The position numbers and the translations under genes are program-made. This document shows positions 37,415 to 47,320 of a stretch of 64,000 bases of DNA, one piece after another. The notes under the pieces were generated by a model, which saw only the letters and a list, made by a program, of their open reading frames with translations, was not told the DNA's origin and ran no database searches. The DNA comes from a virus (Duplodnaviria; Caudoviricetes): positions 32,001 through 96,000 of IMG/VR virus record IMGVR_UViG_3300034126_000020; one strand, written 5' to 3'. The first letter of the stretch is position 1; the number at the start of each line of letters is the position of its first letter.

Positions 37415-37456
37415 GCAGCACAGAGCGAGGGCCAATGGCCCTCGCTCTTTATGCCG
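37415..37456. terminator. Bidirectional terminator followed by TTTATGCCG on the plus strand
   Basis: AGAGCGAGGGCCA..TGGCCCTCGCTCT hairpin between convergent operons. Confidence 0.7.
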
Positions 37457-37663
37457 TTAGCCCAGAAGATTGAGGATGAGACCATCCAGCTTCTTATTGG
37501 TCATGGCAGTGCTCAGATCAACGTCACCGTTGTCATTAGGCATCTCCCATGGGACCCACTTGCCGTCAATCTTGTTGTAGCCTTGCAGTACGTTCTGGTA
37601 AGTACCCTCGACCCTGACAGCAACACCAGTGGATTCGGGATACGTTCCTTGTTTAATACGCAT
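37457..37663 (-). CDS. Small tail-associated hypothetical protein
   Basis: 68 aa; GYNKIDGKWV and NKKLDGL resemble motifs in the tail family. Confidence 0.55.
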   Translation of the reverse strand: MRIKQGTYPESTGVAVRVEGTYQNVLQGYNKIDGKWVPWEMPNDNGDVDLSTAMTNKKLDGLILNLLG

Positions 37664-37675
37664 GACGCACCTCGC

Positions 37676-37927
37676 TTATTGCTGAGGCGGCTGAATGGTC
37701 AGCCAGATGTCACCATCGTTGCCAACAGCGTTGTCAGGTTGCTGAGTGCTGACATGCAGGTCACGCATGGCCATGGACTTGACGCCACCGAGCTTGTCTT
37801 TCTCTTCAGTGGTGTAGTCTTCGGTGGACAGTTGCTTACCGTCTACCTTGTCGACCTTGCCACTTAGCCGTTGCAGGATAAGTGTTGCGTAACGACGAAT
37901 CGCCGTTCTGATCTCTGGGATGTTCAT
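37676..37927 (-). CDS. Short fibre-like protein
   Basis: KVDKVDGKQLSTEDYTTEEKDKL and P....GNDGDIWL are typical phage fibre motifs. Confidence 0.65.
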   Translation of the reverse strand: MNIPEIRTAIRRYATLILQRLSGKVDKVDGKQLSTEDYTTEEKDKLGGVKSMAMRDLHVSTQQPDNAVGNDGDIWLTIQPPQQ

Positions 37928-38019
37928 TAAAAGATACCTTCAGGCGCTGGATAGAAGAAGCCACATAAAATACCCATCACGGGAATACAAAATAGAAGGA
38001 GGGCCGAAGCCCTCCCCTA

Positions 38020-38463
38020 TCACACTTCGAAGTGACCGGCAGCGAACCACCGGACACCGTAGAAGAACATCCCTGCACGCCAACGGGCAATGCCTTCACC
38101 ACGCAGAGCGCGGTAGAAGATCTCGTCAGCTTGTTGGCGAGTCACCTTGACCTGTTCACCATTGACGGTAATGGTACCGCCACTGTATAGCCAGTCATGG
38201 ATCGTCGCAGCCATGTCCCCGTAATCTGCCAGCAGGGCGTACACCGGGAATAGCACAATATTACGCAAGGCATCCAGCGATGCGTAGTTGGTCTTGAAAC
38301 CCTTCGGCACCGTGATGGTCCCGTAGACTTCATCATCAAAGCTGAAGTCCGCGAGCATCAGGTACTCACGCTTACCAATCTGGCGCGTGTCGAAGTTGGA
38401 GAAGCGTTTGAAGTATTTCACTTCAGCGGGGGTGTCTGTAAACTGGGGAAGTGGAATATCCAT
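38020..38463 (-). CDS. DUF1353-like protein
   Basis: ITVPKGFKTNYAS, AATIHDWLYS and ADEIFYRAL...VRWF motifs. Confidence 0.75.
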   Translation of the reverse strand: MDIPLPQFTDTPAEVKYFKRFSNFDTRQIGKREYLMLADFSFDDEVYGTITVPKGFKTNYASLDALRNIVLFPVYALLADYGDMAATIHDWLYSGGTITVNGEQVKVTRQQADEIFYRALRGEGIARWRAGMFFYGVRWFAAGHFEV

Positions 38464-38472
38464 AGCCGTTCC

Positions 38473-41025
38473 TTAGGAGGCGCTGTACTCTTGTGTCTTC
38501 CACACACCAGGCTCCGGACGCATGACAACTGCACCAGTAGTCGTATCGACCATGGCACAGGTCCACCACGACGGGGTGTTCGCCGGGACGTTAGTGTTGG
38601 AGACCTTTAAGGCGTAGAACTTGCTTTCACTGACAGTGATCACAATGTTGCCACGACCGGGTTGGCTGGTGATTAACACACCATCCATTCTGAACTCGAA
38701 GATGTCATCCGCTTGACTGAACAACCGATACGTACCAGCCGGAATGTACAGGTTAGCGTAGTAGTCGAGTTTGAAGTTGCCTGGGACTGACTCAGTTCCA
38801 TAGACCGGTGAGTAGGCCAACCACTTGAAGTCCATGGCCAAGCCAGTCACAGGGTTGATCGGCTTCCAGATCCCATACCCACCATCATCCGCTGCCCATG
38901 CACGACCTGTCGCGTAGTCCTTTACCGCAGCGTTAGGCAAGACAATGGATGCCAAGCCCGTGTCCTTGAAGTAGTCACGCATCAGCTTCAGGTTGTTGGG
39001 CATGTTCAGCACCAACTTGATCCCCAGCCACGGAACCGTGGAGGCAATCTCATCAATGACGGTCTTCATGGCTTTGATCGGCGTCATCGTAGGCTTGTAA
39101 GCCCGGATGATCTTCATTACGTCCCCCAACGCTCGAAGATTGCTGATGTCTGGCTGGAACCGATTGATGGTGATCCCACTGCTGTAACTGATTGGTGAAG
39201 CAATCACGACACTGAATGCGTCATTGTTCTTCACGGCCACTGGACCGACACCACCATTGTCCCAAGCTTGTGTCAGGACGCCTGCGGCGGTCAAACCGAT
39301 ACTGCCTACCTTGACACCATTCTTCATCACGTTGCCCGTAGCCGCAACCCCAGGGTTACCACTGAGCGCGACATTGATCAACGATTGGTTCTTCGCTCCG
39401 ACGTTAAGCTTTTGACCGTTGTCGGCTGTCAGAACCCCATCCGTAAAGGACAGTTTGAAGTTCACCACGTTGTATTCGATCTTGAACGGGATGATCTCAC
39501 CGTTGTTCAAGATGGCCGACACTCGGATGATGGTCTTCCCGTTACCAATGGCAAACGGTTGGACTTGACCTGGAGCTACCGGAGTAAAGGTAGCCACCTG
39601 CACTCGGCTCTCGGAAGCACCAGCGTTGATGCTTTCGTCGTTGGTCATACCTGCATACAACGGGTGATCACCGTAAGTGCTTCGCAGGAACCCGACGTTG
39701 ACCGGAGTACGATCGTAGTTACCGCTGAAGTACGCACCGAACTGGACAATCACTTTGTTTGCAGTGGCAAAGAAAGCACCCGTGGCCAGCGGATAAGCTT
39801 GCGAGATGTTCGTCAGCACAGGACCGTGGTCTGTGACAAAGATCAGACCATTCCCTGCTTCGCGATAAGTCACCAATGCCTGAACTGCTGCGTCGGTGAT
39901 TGCTGCGAATGTAGAGAACGCGGACGACATGAAGAACACACAGGCGTACTGGTCAAGCTCAGCGACTGTAGGGTTCAGTTGCGTACCGGTGTAGTCAGAC
40001 ACGTCTTTGAAGGTGGGCGTGAACCCAACTGCTGCGCAAAGCCGAGTGAGGCTGGTGAAGAACCCTGTCCCATCCGTACCTTTGATAGCGTAGTTCGACG
40101 CGGCTAGCGCATCCCCAAGGATCAGGATCTTGCGATTGCCTGCTGTCACCTTCTTGGGGTTGGCTGTCCAGATAATCGCGTTGTACAGGTACTTAAAGCT
40201 GGCGGTAAGCTGCCCACGAGGGTCGTAGAGCACCTTAACGAGGTTGGTGTAACCCGATGCCCCGACTTCAGTTGAAGAGTTGCCAGGGAGGTCGAGAACG
40301 TCCTTAAACAAGGTCGCCTTGATCGCCCCGTTACGGTCGATGATGTACACGTCGCGAAAACGTGTAGCAAAGTCACCAGCCGTCTCACCTTCGTACGCCA
40401 ACGACCACCTGATGAACGTATGGCCAGCGCACGGACTCAGGTCAAACTCACGGTGGTACCATTGGTTGACCGCCCGGTTACCAAGGTTAGTAGCCGGGTG
40501 AGGGCTCAGGCCGTTCTGGTCCTTGATCACAGAGGAGGCTTGTCCCCAATCCCGCAACGAGTATTGAGTACTCACGCCTGGATCAGCGTTGGTCACCGCA
40601 TCAATGCCCACTCGAGCATCGATACTGTTCTGCGCCATGTCGTACACCAACTTATCACCGGTCGCAATGGTGACGTTCTTGTTGGTGAAGGCGTTGTAGT
40701 AGTACAGGTTAGTTCCTGCACCAGCGCCTTGACACGTCGCTCGGAACTCCATGGAGATCGAGGCGTTGATGCCTTGGATAGGAGCAACGCTATTGTAAAG
40801 CTTCGGGAAGCCCCCATCGTAGACCACGTTACCGTTACCATCCTGCGTCACCGCAATGAATGGGTTTGGTGGAACGAGCTGGTCGTACGCCACGTACTTG
40901 GAGATGGACGGAGGGGCGCCGTTGACGCTGAACTGCAAGCTCTGAACGTTACCGCTCAGGATCATCTTGGCAGTGAACGGTGAGAGGTAATAGCCCTCTG
41001 CAACGTCAAATGAAATATCGGCCAT
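38473..41025 (-). CDS. Large tail-fibre/receptor-binding protein with carbohydrate-binding-like and PA14-like domains
   Basis: 850 aa, beta-rich; DQNG..HP..NL...NQWYHREFDL module; C-terminal IPAGTYRLFSQADD...DG (PA14-like). Confidence 0.6.
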   Translation of the reverse strand: MADISFDVAEGYYLSPFTAKMILSGNVQSLQFSVNGAPPSISKYVAYDQLVPPNPFIAVTQDGNGNVVYDGGFPKLYNSVAPIQGINASISMEFRATCQGAGAGTNLYYYNAFTNKNVTIATGDKLVYDMAQNSIDARVGIDAVTNADPGVSTQYSLRDWGQASSVIKDQNGLSPHPATNLGNRAVNQWYHREFDLSPCAGHTFIRWSLAYEGETAGDFATRFRDVYIIDRNGAIKATLFKDVLDLPGNSSTEVGASGYTNLVKVLYDPRGQLTASFKYLYNAIIWTANPKKVTAGNRKILILGDALAASNYAIKGTDGTGFFTSLTRLCAAVGFTPTFKDVSDYTGTQLNPTVAELDQYACVFFMSSAFSTFAAITDAAVQALVTYREAGNGLIFVTDHGPVLTNISQAYPLATGAFFATANKVIVQFGAYFSGNYDRTPVNVGFLRSTYGDHPLYAGMTNDESINAGASESRVQVATFTPVAPGQVQPFAIGNGKTIIRVSAILNNGEIIPFKIEYNVVNFKLSFTDGVLTADNGQKLNVGAKNQSLINVALSGNPGVAATGNVMKNGVKVGSIGLTAAGVLTQAWDNGGVGPVAVKNNDAFSVVIASPISYSSGITINRFQPDISNLRALGDVMKIIRAYKPTMTPIKAMKTVIDEIASTVPWLGIKLVLNMPNNLKLMRDYFKDTGLASIVLPNAAVKDYATGRAWAADDGGYGIWKPINPVTGLAMDFKWLAYSPVYGTESVPGNFKLDYYANLYIPAGTYRLFSQADDIFEFRMDGVLITSQPGRGNIVITVSESKFYALKVSNTNVPANTPSWWTCAMVDTTTGAVVMRPEPGVWKTQEYSAS

Positions 41026-41035
41026 GACTCAGTCC

Positions 41036-41950
41036 TTAAAGTGGGTGCACGAGGACTTTGACGTAGAGGTCGATAGCCCCGCCGGATTGGTTGGCGATGA
41101 TCACGTAGCGTTCATCCTTGATGCCGTAGCTGACGAAGGCTTCAGCGTTGGCGTACGCATTGAGCAGCGGCGAAGAACCGTTGGTCTCTTTGACCCGCAC
41201 GCAGATCTCAGCCGTCTTCTTGTCGAAGGCAGCATGTCCTGCACCCAACAGGGTCTGCAAGTCGTACTGCTTAACACCATCAACCGCTACCGTGACGTAC
41301 TCGTTGACTGCGATAGCAGTCTGGGCCTTGATGTCGATCAGAGTGACACCGGTGATACGCCCTTTGGCATCCACGGTCATCTGAGGGATCTGGGTCGCCC
41401 CGCCGTAAGTACCTGCCGTCACACCCGACACAGCCAATGTGAAAGCCGCCGTGACGTTAGCGTTACCGTCGAAGTTGACAGTCCAAGCACCATCGCCTGT
41501 GAGGCTGATAGAGCGTGCGGTAGCCAGTCGGGCAGGCAAAGGGATACGTGCAGCGTTGAACACGCCAGTACCGACCTTAGACGCGTCCAGAGATGGGATA
41601 CGGGCTGGGTCAAATGCACCGGTGGCAATCTTGGCTGCATCAAGCGCTGGGATGTCCGCAGCGATCAACAACTCACCATTCACCACTTGGCCTTTGGCGT
41701 TGATGGTGACCTTGGGGTAAGTCCCCGCCGATGCGATGTTGGGGAGCGTGACGGCAATGCCGACGTTGGCCCCACCGTGGATGCTGGCAGAACCGACGGC
41801 ATCGTTAGTGAGGGACAGAGTGAATGGGTTGGTCAAACGGGCAGCGCTTACAGAGGCGGCGCCCTTATCGAGCTTGCTGTCCACCCGCAGAGCAATAGCG
41901 GTCAACAAACCCGCGAGTTTCGTTTTCAGTATATCGAGGCTGGGCGGCAT
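41036..41950 (-). CDS. Tail-fibre protein with fibre repeats
   Basis: GTYPKVTINAKGQV, AADIPALDAAKI.G.F...RIP repeats, LATARSISLTGD, GTYG....TVDAKGRIT. Confidence 0.8.
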   Translation of the reverse strand: MPPSLDILKTKLAGLLTAIALRVDSKLDKGAASVSAARLTNPFTLSLTNDAVGSASIHGGANVGIAVTLPNIASAGTYPKVTINAKGQVVNGELLIAADIPALDAAKIATGAFDPARIPSLDASKVGTGVFNAARIPLPARLATARSISLTGDGAWTVNFDGNANVTAAFTLAVSGVTAGTYGGATQIPQMTVDAKGRITGVTLIDIKAQTAIAVNEYVTVAVDGVKQYDLQTLLGAGHAAFDKKTAEICVRVKETNGSSPLLNAYANAEAFVSYGIKDERYVIIANQSGGAIDLYVKVLVHPL

Positions 41951-42065
41951 GATTTACTACCTTGGTTGAGCCAGTGACGGCCGTTAAAAAGAATCTGTAC
42001 ATATGGATACCTTGGAAAAAATAAATGGTGAGACGGCATAGAGGCGGGCCTAGGCCCGCCTCTTA

Positions 42066-42869
42066 TTAATGACGACGGCTCTCTTCCCAACGGGTGAGAG
42101 TTGTACGGTGCCAGAATGGCGAACGACCTTTGTAGCGATCAGGGACTGGGAACACTGGAGCGTCACCTGGAACACGCCCATCGCGATAGCGAGTGAGGGT
42201 GGTGTCGGAGATGTTCAAGCGATCACAGACTGCTCGGATACTCAGGAAGTCTTGCCAACCTTCATTGAACGAACGCGAGTAGAACTGGTCAATGGAATCC
42301 ACTTCATCATTGATGGCTTCAGCCCATTGGCGGTTCATGGCCGCGTGTGCTTGCTTAGGCAGGCTGTCAATGAAGTGCCGTGCTTTGCCAGTGACCATCT
42401 GCAAGATGCTCTTGAAGCGGGTGACCGTCCCTTGACGCAGGATGGACCCATCGACCTGAATACCGGCAACCAGACAGTCAATCGCTAGCAGGACAGAGTC
42501 GTTGACAATACGCAGACCTACCTTCATTCCTCCATTGCCATGGAAGATCACCAACTCATGCTGCGCCCGAGGTCCGAAGATCTCATCGTTAGCGCCGTGA
42601 TGCTCGACCACACGGTGTACGTCACGGATCATGTTGGTGTAGACCTCCATCATGAGCAGCTCTTTACCCCAGACGTGCAGGTGTTCGTGCTGACGGATGG
42701 AATCGATCTTTTCGGCAGGTACCAACGCCAAGGCATTCCCTGTTAGAAACTCTTCAAGCTGGTACATCGTGTCCTTCCCCCGCTCAGCAGGAACCACAGT
42801 GCGGATGATCTCCACACGGTTGTGTTCCTTGTTGAACTGGAGGATGCCTTGTGCTGTCTTTACGTTCAT
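42066..42869 (-). CDS. Protein with C-terminal AlpA/excisionase-like HTH domain
   Basis: C-terminal FLSIRAVCDRLNISDTTLTRYR...FPVP....RSPFW....L.RWE. Confidence 0.7.
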   Translation of the reverse strand: MNVKTAQGILQFNKEHNRVEIIRTVVPAERGKDTMYQLEEFLTGNALALVPAEKIDSIRQHEHLHVWGKELLMMEVYTNMIRDVHRVVEHHGANDEIFGPRAQHELVIFHGNGGMKVGLRIVNDSVLLAIDCLVAGIQVDGSILRQGTVTRFKSILQMVTGKARHFIDSLPKQAHAAMNRQWAEAINDEVDSIDQFYSRSFNEGWQDFLSIRAVCDRLNISDTTLTRYRDGRVPGDAPVFPVPDRYKGRSPFWHRTTLTRWEESRRH

Positions 42870-42917
42870 GATGGTTCTCACATGGTGAGGAAAGGAGGAC
42901 ATTGGCCCTCCTTCCTA

Positions 42918-43154
42918 TTACTTGGTGTACAGCGGATATCGGCACTGACCTACAATCGAGTAGATCGAGTCAGGGGCGACGCCGTGTTCTTTCTGAGCAT
43001 ACGCCTTGAGGCGCTTGACGGCCCATTCTTTATCAACAGTAGCTCGTGCTTTGAACCAGAAGCTTGCCTGGATCGACAGAACGTGCGTATCGCTACGCAC
43101 GGTGTAGTCAGGACGAGCGTTGGCAATTGGCACGATCAGTTTGAGATCAGCCAT
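42918..43154 (-). CDS. Hypothetical protein
   Basis: 78 aa with GGGG RBS. Confidence 0.6.
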   Translation of the reverse strand: MADLKLIVPIANARPDYTVRSDTHVLSIQASFWFKARATVDKEWAVKRLKAYAQKEHGVAPDSIYSIVGQCRYPLYTK

Positions 43155-43162
43155 GATGCCCC

Positions 43163-43483
43163 CTAGAAGAATACTTCGCCACCCAAATCGTGGAGGTAGA
43201 AGTACGCTTCCCTGTAACTGACACTGTCCACCACAAAGCCAAAGCCGGTTGGCAGTGCTGAGAGGGGATGGTATCCGATGGCGTTGATGAAGAAGGCCTG
43301 CTCAGGGTCTTTTACGATCCGATAGGCTTTGCCCGGCTTGAACCGGTCGACCTTGATCTGGCTCAGGTCTTTGACCTTCTTGAGCTGGACCTTGATCAGG
43401 GTACCCTTGCCGAAACTGGCTTGACGCAGGTCAACGATGGCTTCGTCATCCGGCTCTTCAACAGCAGGAGTCAGATTAGTCAT
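43163..43483 (-). CDS. Hypothetical protein
   Basis: Likely start MTNLTPAVEE, coupled to the upstream acidic gene. Confidence 0.6.
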   Translation of the reverse strand: MTNLTPAVEEPDDEAIVDLRQASFGKGTLIKVQLKKVKDLSQIKVDRFKPGKAYRIVKDPEQAFFINAIGYHPLSALPTGFGFVVDSVSYREAYFYLHDLGGEVFF

Positions 43484-43736
43484 CGTCGCCACCGTCGAGT
43501 TCCCGGTCGAGTTCGCGCTGCTCTTGCTCTTCCGTAGCACGGATAGAAGCCGCTGCATCAGCGTCGTCTTCTGCGTGGATGGCTTCATCCAGATAGATGT
43601 CGCGGATTTGTTGAGGTGTCTTGTTGGCGAATTCGCCGGATGCAACACGGGCATCGAAATCCTCCATGGCGTCGACTTGGAAGTCTTCACCCGCATCAAT
43701 GATCTTCTGGGAAAACGGTTTGTCTTGGTCTGGCAT
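43476..43736 (-). CDS. Small highly acidic protein
   Basis: MPDQDKPF... strongly Asp/Glu-rich; GGAG RBS. Confidence 0.6.
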   Translation of the reverse strand: MPDQDKPFSQKIIDAGEDFQVDAMEDFDARVASGEFANKTPQQIRDIYLDEAIHAEDDADAAASIRATEEQEQRELDRELDGGDDD

Positions 43737-43746
43737 GTTATCTCCG

Positions 43747-44010
43747 TTAGCGGTGGAAGCCACCGCGTGTGAGGTGAGGGATTCGCTGGCTGCGCGGAAG
43801 GCGCTTGGGTTCCAGCGTTGGGATGCGTTGGTAGATCGGGTTGGGCACTTCATAATGCACCGTCACCTGATCGCCCGGTTCAATTCCCGCTGGCATGTGC
43901 ACATGACCATGCTCATCAGTACGAGCGTAGTAATGTTTCCCGTTATCCGGGACATGCTCAGCGTATTGAAACTCTACGGGGTTAATGAGAAGCTGTTTGA
44001 TCTGGTTCAC
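43747..44010 (-). CDS. Hypothetical protein
   Basis: 87-aa ORF, GTG start overlapping the upstream stop. Confidence 0.55.
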   Translation of the reverse strand: MNQIKQLLINPVEFQYAEHVPDNGKHYYARTDEHGHVHMPAGIEPGDQVTVHYEVPNPIYQRIPTLEPKRLPRSQRIPHLTRGGFHR

Positions 44011-44375
44011 GCCATGTTCTCCAGCAATTCGGTGAAACGGTTGTTCAGCTTTACGATGTCCTCCTTCTCGAAGATGAGGAATTGGACTTCGTCTCCATCG
44101 TAGTGACCATCTCGGCCAGTGTAGTGAAAGTCAGTGGGTACCGACATTGCAGGGTTCTTCACCATGGCGAAGATATTGTCCCACAATTCATCAGAACCAC
44201 CACACTCCATGGCACCGGTGCCAGAGATAGCATCGTAGTTCCAGTCGTTGTGGTTTTGACCTTCACTGTGTGGGTACTTGATGAAGACACCTTCTTCGGG
44301 AGAACCTTTGTGTACCTTCGAGTACAGGACTTGGCCTGGAAGGGCTAAGAACTCTGCACGGTTAACAATGCGCAT
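44007..44375 (-). CDS. Hypothetical protein
   Basis: 122-aa ORF with AGGAG RBS. Confidence 0.7.
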   Translation of the reverse strand: MRIVNRAEFLALPGQVLYSKVHKGSPEEGVFIKYPHSEGQNHNDWNYDAISGTGAMECGGSDELWDNIFAMVKNPAMSVPTDFHYTGRDGHYDGDEVQFLIFEKEDIVKLNNRFTELLENMA

Positions 44376-44695
44376 TTCAACTCCTTGACAAGTCGTTCTG
44401 CTTCGGCGTTCATCTCGTCTGTCATGTCACAATCAACATAACTCGCGTAGCCACGCCAAGACTGCCGGTCTTCATCGAAGTCATCCAGTCGACGTTCAAT
44501 GGTTTCACGCAGCGGTTCATAGACAGCCAAGATAGGAGCGAACTGCTCCTTGGTCAAACGAGGGCGCTCAGGGATGTTCCCAAGCGCCTCCGCAAACCCT
44601 AGGCTGATGTTGTTCTCGGGGGCTTCATCGACAACGAGGTTCCATTGCCATGCGACGAAGTCCTCAAGTTTGTACCCAGGGATACTGCTCATCAC
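44345..44695 (-). CDS. Hypothetical protein
   Basis: 116-aa acidic ORF. Confidence 0.6.
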   Translation of the reverse strand: MMSSIPGYKLEDFVAWQWNLVVDEAPENNISLGFAEALGNIPERPRLTKEQFAPILAVYEPLRETIERRLDDFDEDRQSWRGYASYVDCDMTDEMNAEAERLVKELKCALLTVQSS

Positions 44696-44701
44696 GATCC
44701 C

Positions 44702-45055
44702 TCAGTCCATTGGCTCTTCTTCGTCAACCGGATCATTGCCTTCATCGCGCGACGGCGTCAACCACTGTACGAAGGCAGTGTCGTAGTTCTGAGGACGACC
44801 GTAGTCATCTGCCTGGTCGACATGAATGCCCTTGTCATTGACGATGTCGTACCCATCTTCGGACAACTGACCGAGTAGACCGTGCACACCTGCCGCTACG
44901 CCGAGGTTGTAGATGTGCATGTTCTCTGCGGTAACGGGGATCTTCTGTTCACCACGCGGATCGAAGAGGATCTCACCTTCGGTACCACAGGCTTGAGCAG
45001 CACGGCACTCACCGCGATGAACAGTCATCATCAAATCTTTCATTCGTTGGCGCAT
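44702..45055 (-). CDS. Hypothetical protein
   Basis: 117 aa, coupled start. Confidence 0.65.
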   Translation of the reverse strand: MRQRMKDLMMTVHRGECRAAQACGTEGEILFDPRGEQKIPVTAENMHIYNLGVAAGVHGLLGQLSEDGYDIVNDKGIHVDQADDYGRPQNYDTAFVQWLTPSRDEGNDPVDEEEPMD

Positions 45056-45987
45056 TACTTCAACTCCCAGAGCGGTTTGAGTTTCAGGTCCGTGACGAAC
45101 CCTTGGTTATGACGGACAGCCATCAGGTCCTCGTAGGTGATGAGGACCCCGCCACAATACTTGATGATGTAACGATGGAAGTCGTTACTCCGATCGAACG
45201 TTGGCTGCTCCTTCAGACCCCAGACACAGCCTGCCGCATGGCGCCCGTTACGAGAAGACAGCTCTTTGTATACGTGATCACGAAGAGGTCCACCCCAAGG
45301 GATCATGCCTTCGAAACGAGCCTTCTCGTGATACGCCATGACGCCTTCACAATCGCCCTGATTGGTCCACCAGATGTACTCACCGTTAGGATCGACATCC
45401 ACACCATTGACCGGATCTTTTAAGATTGACTGGGGACCCGTCCACATTTCCGTGAGCTGGTTGAAGCGACTCATGTCGACGTCACTGCGCAGCAATGCGT
45501 TGAAAGCCCGGAGTTGGTTGGAGTACCAGATGAACTCAGCTTGTTGCTTGTCCTTCACCTCCTGCGGGCCTTCCAGCCAGAGGTAGTGGAAGCGACGGTC
45601 GATCAGACGACGCATGCCGAAGTCCAGACGACTCATCAGAACCAATGCTTCTTGATTCTCAACGAACGCAAACTCGTCGCAGTACTTGCGGTGATTGTGG
45701 AAGAACTCGAACATCTCATCAATACGTTCCTCGGTGTCCTTGTCCATGACCTCCAGTGTCACCAGAGTCCAGTTAGGCAGTTCTTCGAGGATGAACGCGT
45801 TGAGATCGTCGTGCTGCTTCTGCAACGCTGCCACATCACCGACACGATCCGTATCCAGACCGCGGTTGTATTCGGTGATGAACGCAATCACATCGCCCCA
45901 GACGTGGAACGCATCTTTCTTACGGCTGACGAACTCGTGATGGAGTTCTCGCTGTTGCCAGTTCAGGGCATAAATAGCGTACGACAT
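45055..45987 (-). CDS. Hypothetical protein (N-terminus paralogous to 45989)
   Basis: MSYAIYAL...KKDAF.V..D...FI.E..R. Confidence 0.7.
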   Translation of the reverse strand: MSYAIYALNWQQRELHHEFVSRKKDAFHVWGDVIAFITEYNRGLDTDRVGDVAALQKQHDDLNAFILEELPNWTLVTLEVMDKDTEERIDEMFEFFHNHRKYCDEFAFVENQEALVLMSRLDFGMRRLIDRRFHYLWLEGPQEVKDKQQAEFIWYSNQLRAFNALLRSDVDMSRFNQLTEMWTGPQSILKDPVNGVDVDPNGEYIWWTNQGDCEGVMAYHEKARFEGMIPWGGPLRDHVYKELSSRNGRHAAGCVWGLKEQPTFDRSNDFHRYIIKYCGGVLITYEDLMAVRHNQGFVTDLKLKPLWELK

Positions 45988-45988
45988 C

Positions 45989-46630
45989 TCAAGCCTCCTT
46001 CTGTTCAGTGGCCAGTGTCACAAAGCGCATGGATTGATGGAGCGTCGTGTACGCCTCCACCGATGTCTTGAGGACCTCGATGCAATCCTCGAACATCGAA
46101 GCCCCTGTGATGCTGACGCAGCGACGACTGTCACGGTCAATGTCCGCAATGATCCGACCAAGGTTCATGACAATGCCGTGTGGGTTACTGACCCGAGCCA
46201 ATGCCAAAGTGACGTTGCGATCATTGACGATCTCTCGTGCCTCGTCGATGAGGTGCTCAGTCTCAGGACTGTGGAACTTAACGACTTCCAGCTTGAGGCT
46301 GTCAAACGCCCGGAACAGCTGCTGATGGCAGTGCTCCATCTGAATGTCGTGTACCCCTGCGCCACCCATTGGATCGAACGCGGTGCCCGGGTATGGCTGG
46401 ACCTCATGAGTGTACATCAGCTCGAGGTCATCCGGCACCCGACGCTCTTCAGCATCACGGTGTTCTTTCACAATGAAGTTGAAGAGGTCCTGCTGGACAG
46501 CCAATGGGTCTTTACCAAACGTGGTAAATCGAGAGTCAATGATGGACCGGTAGTCGAGATGATCCGCCAGACCCTCGAGACCGAAGGATGCTGGGTTGTG
46601 ACCGGACAAGCGATAGATGGCATACGGCAT
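45989..46630 (-). CDS. Hypothetical protein (N-terminus paralogous to 45055)
   Basis: MPYAIYRL...GKDPLAVQQDLFNFIVKEHR. Confidence 0.7.
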   Translation of the reverse strand: MPYAIYRLSGHNPASFGLEGLADHLDYRSIIDSRFTTFGKDPLAVQQDLFNFIVKEHRDAEERRVPDDLELMYTHEVQPYPGTAFDPMGGAGVHDIQMEHCHQQLFRAFDSLKLEVVKFHSPETEHLIDEAREIVNDRNVTLALARVSNPHGIVMNLGRIIADIDRDSRRCVSITGASMFEDCIEVLKTSVEAYTTLHQSMRFVTLATEQKEA

Positions 46631-46648
46631 GGTGAGGTTCCTAGGTGT

Positions 46649-47320
46649 TTATTCGGTGGGTTTCGGTTCAGGCCATTCGACTTCAATGGACTTACCGTCA
46701 CGACGGTTTAAGCGATCAATGCTGAGCTTTAAGTAGTCTAGCAACACGATGCACTGGGCTGCATGGAACGTCACCTCCATGCGCTCTGTGAGAGCTTGAA
46801 GGACGATCGTTACCGATGTGCCGTCGACAGTGTGATTGACGTACTTGAAGCCCATGTCCTTCTGTGCAAAGAACATGATGCAATGAAACGGCAACGCTGG
46901 GTTGTTCGCCCCGTCGCCGAATTCATTGATGCAGTTCTCCAAGATGGTCAGTCCATCGACGTCGGTCTTGGGCACGGGTTGACGGCTGGGGAAGACTTCG
47001 ATCTTGCCAACCAACGGAAAGACTTCGTCCTTCTGCGGTATGCGGCAGTTGTAGAACTCGATCTCCCAAGACATCTTGCCATTATTAGGTTGCACAGGTA
47101 CAACAGCCGGCAACCACCAATCAGTGCACTGAGGCATGTCCAGATACCCGTGCCAGCCAGCGCAGATGCTCTGGCCTGCCAACGGATACATGAAGCCTGG
47201 AACGAAGGTCATGTCCGCGACCTTCTTGGCAAAGCCTTTCAGGTACTCCCGTTTGGCAGCGGATGTCGCCTCTGCCTTACGGTCGTTGAACGCAGCGAAA
47301 TCAATGACCTTGCTCATCAC
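46649..47320 (-). CDS. Hypothetical protein
   Basis: 223 aa; starts SKVIDFAAF. Confidence 0.7.
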   Translation of the reverse strand: MMSKVIDFAAFNDRKAEATSAAKREYLKGFAKKVADMTFVPGFMYPLAGQSICAGWHGYLDMPQCTDWWLPAVVPVQPNNGKMSWEIEFYNCRIPQKDEVFPLVGKIEVFPSRQPVPKTDVDGLTILENCINEFGDGANNPALPFHCIMFFAQKDMGFKYVNHTVDGTSVTIVLQALTERMEVTFHAAQCIVLLDYLKLSIDRLNRRDGKSIEVEWPEPKPTE

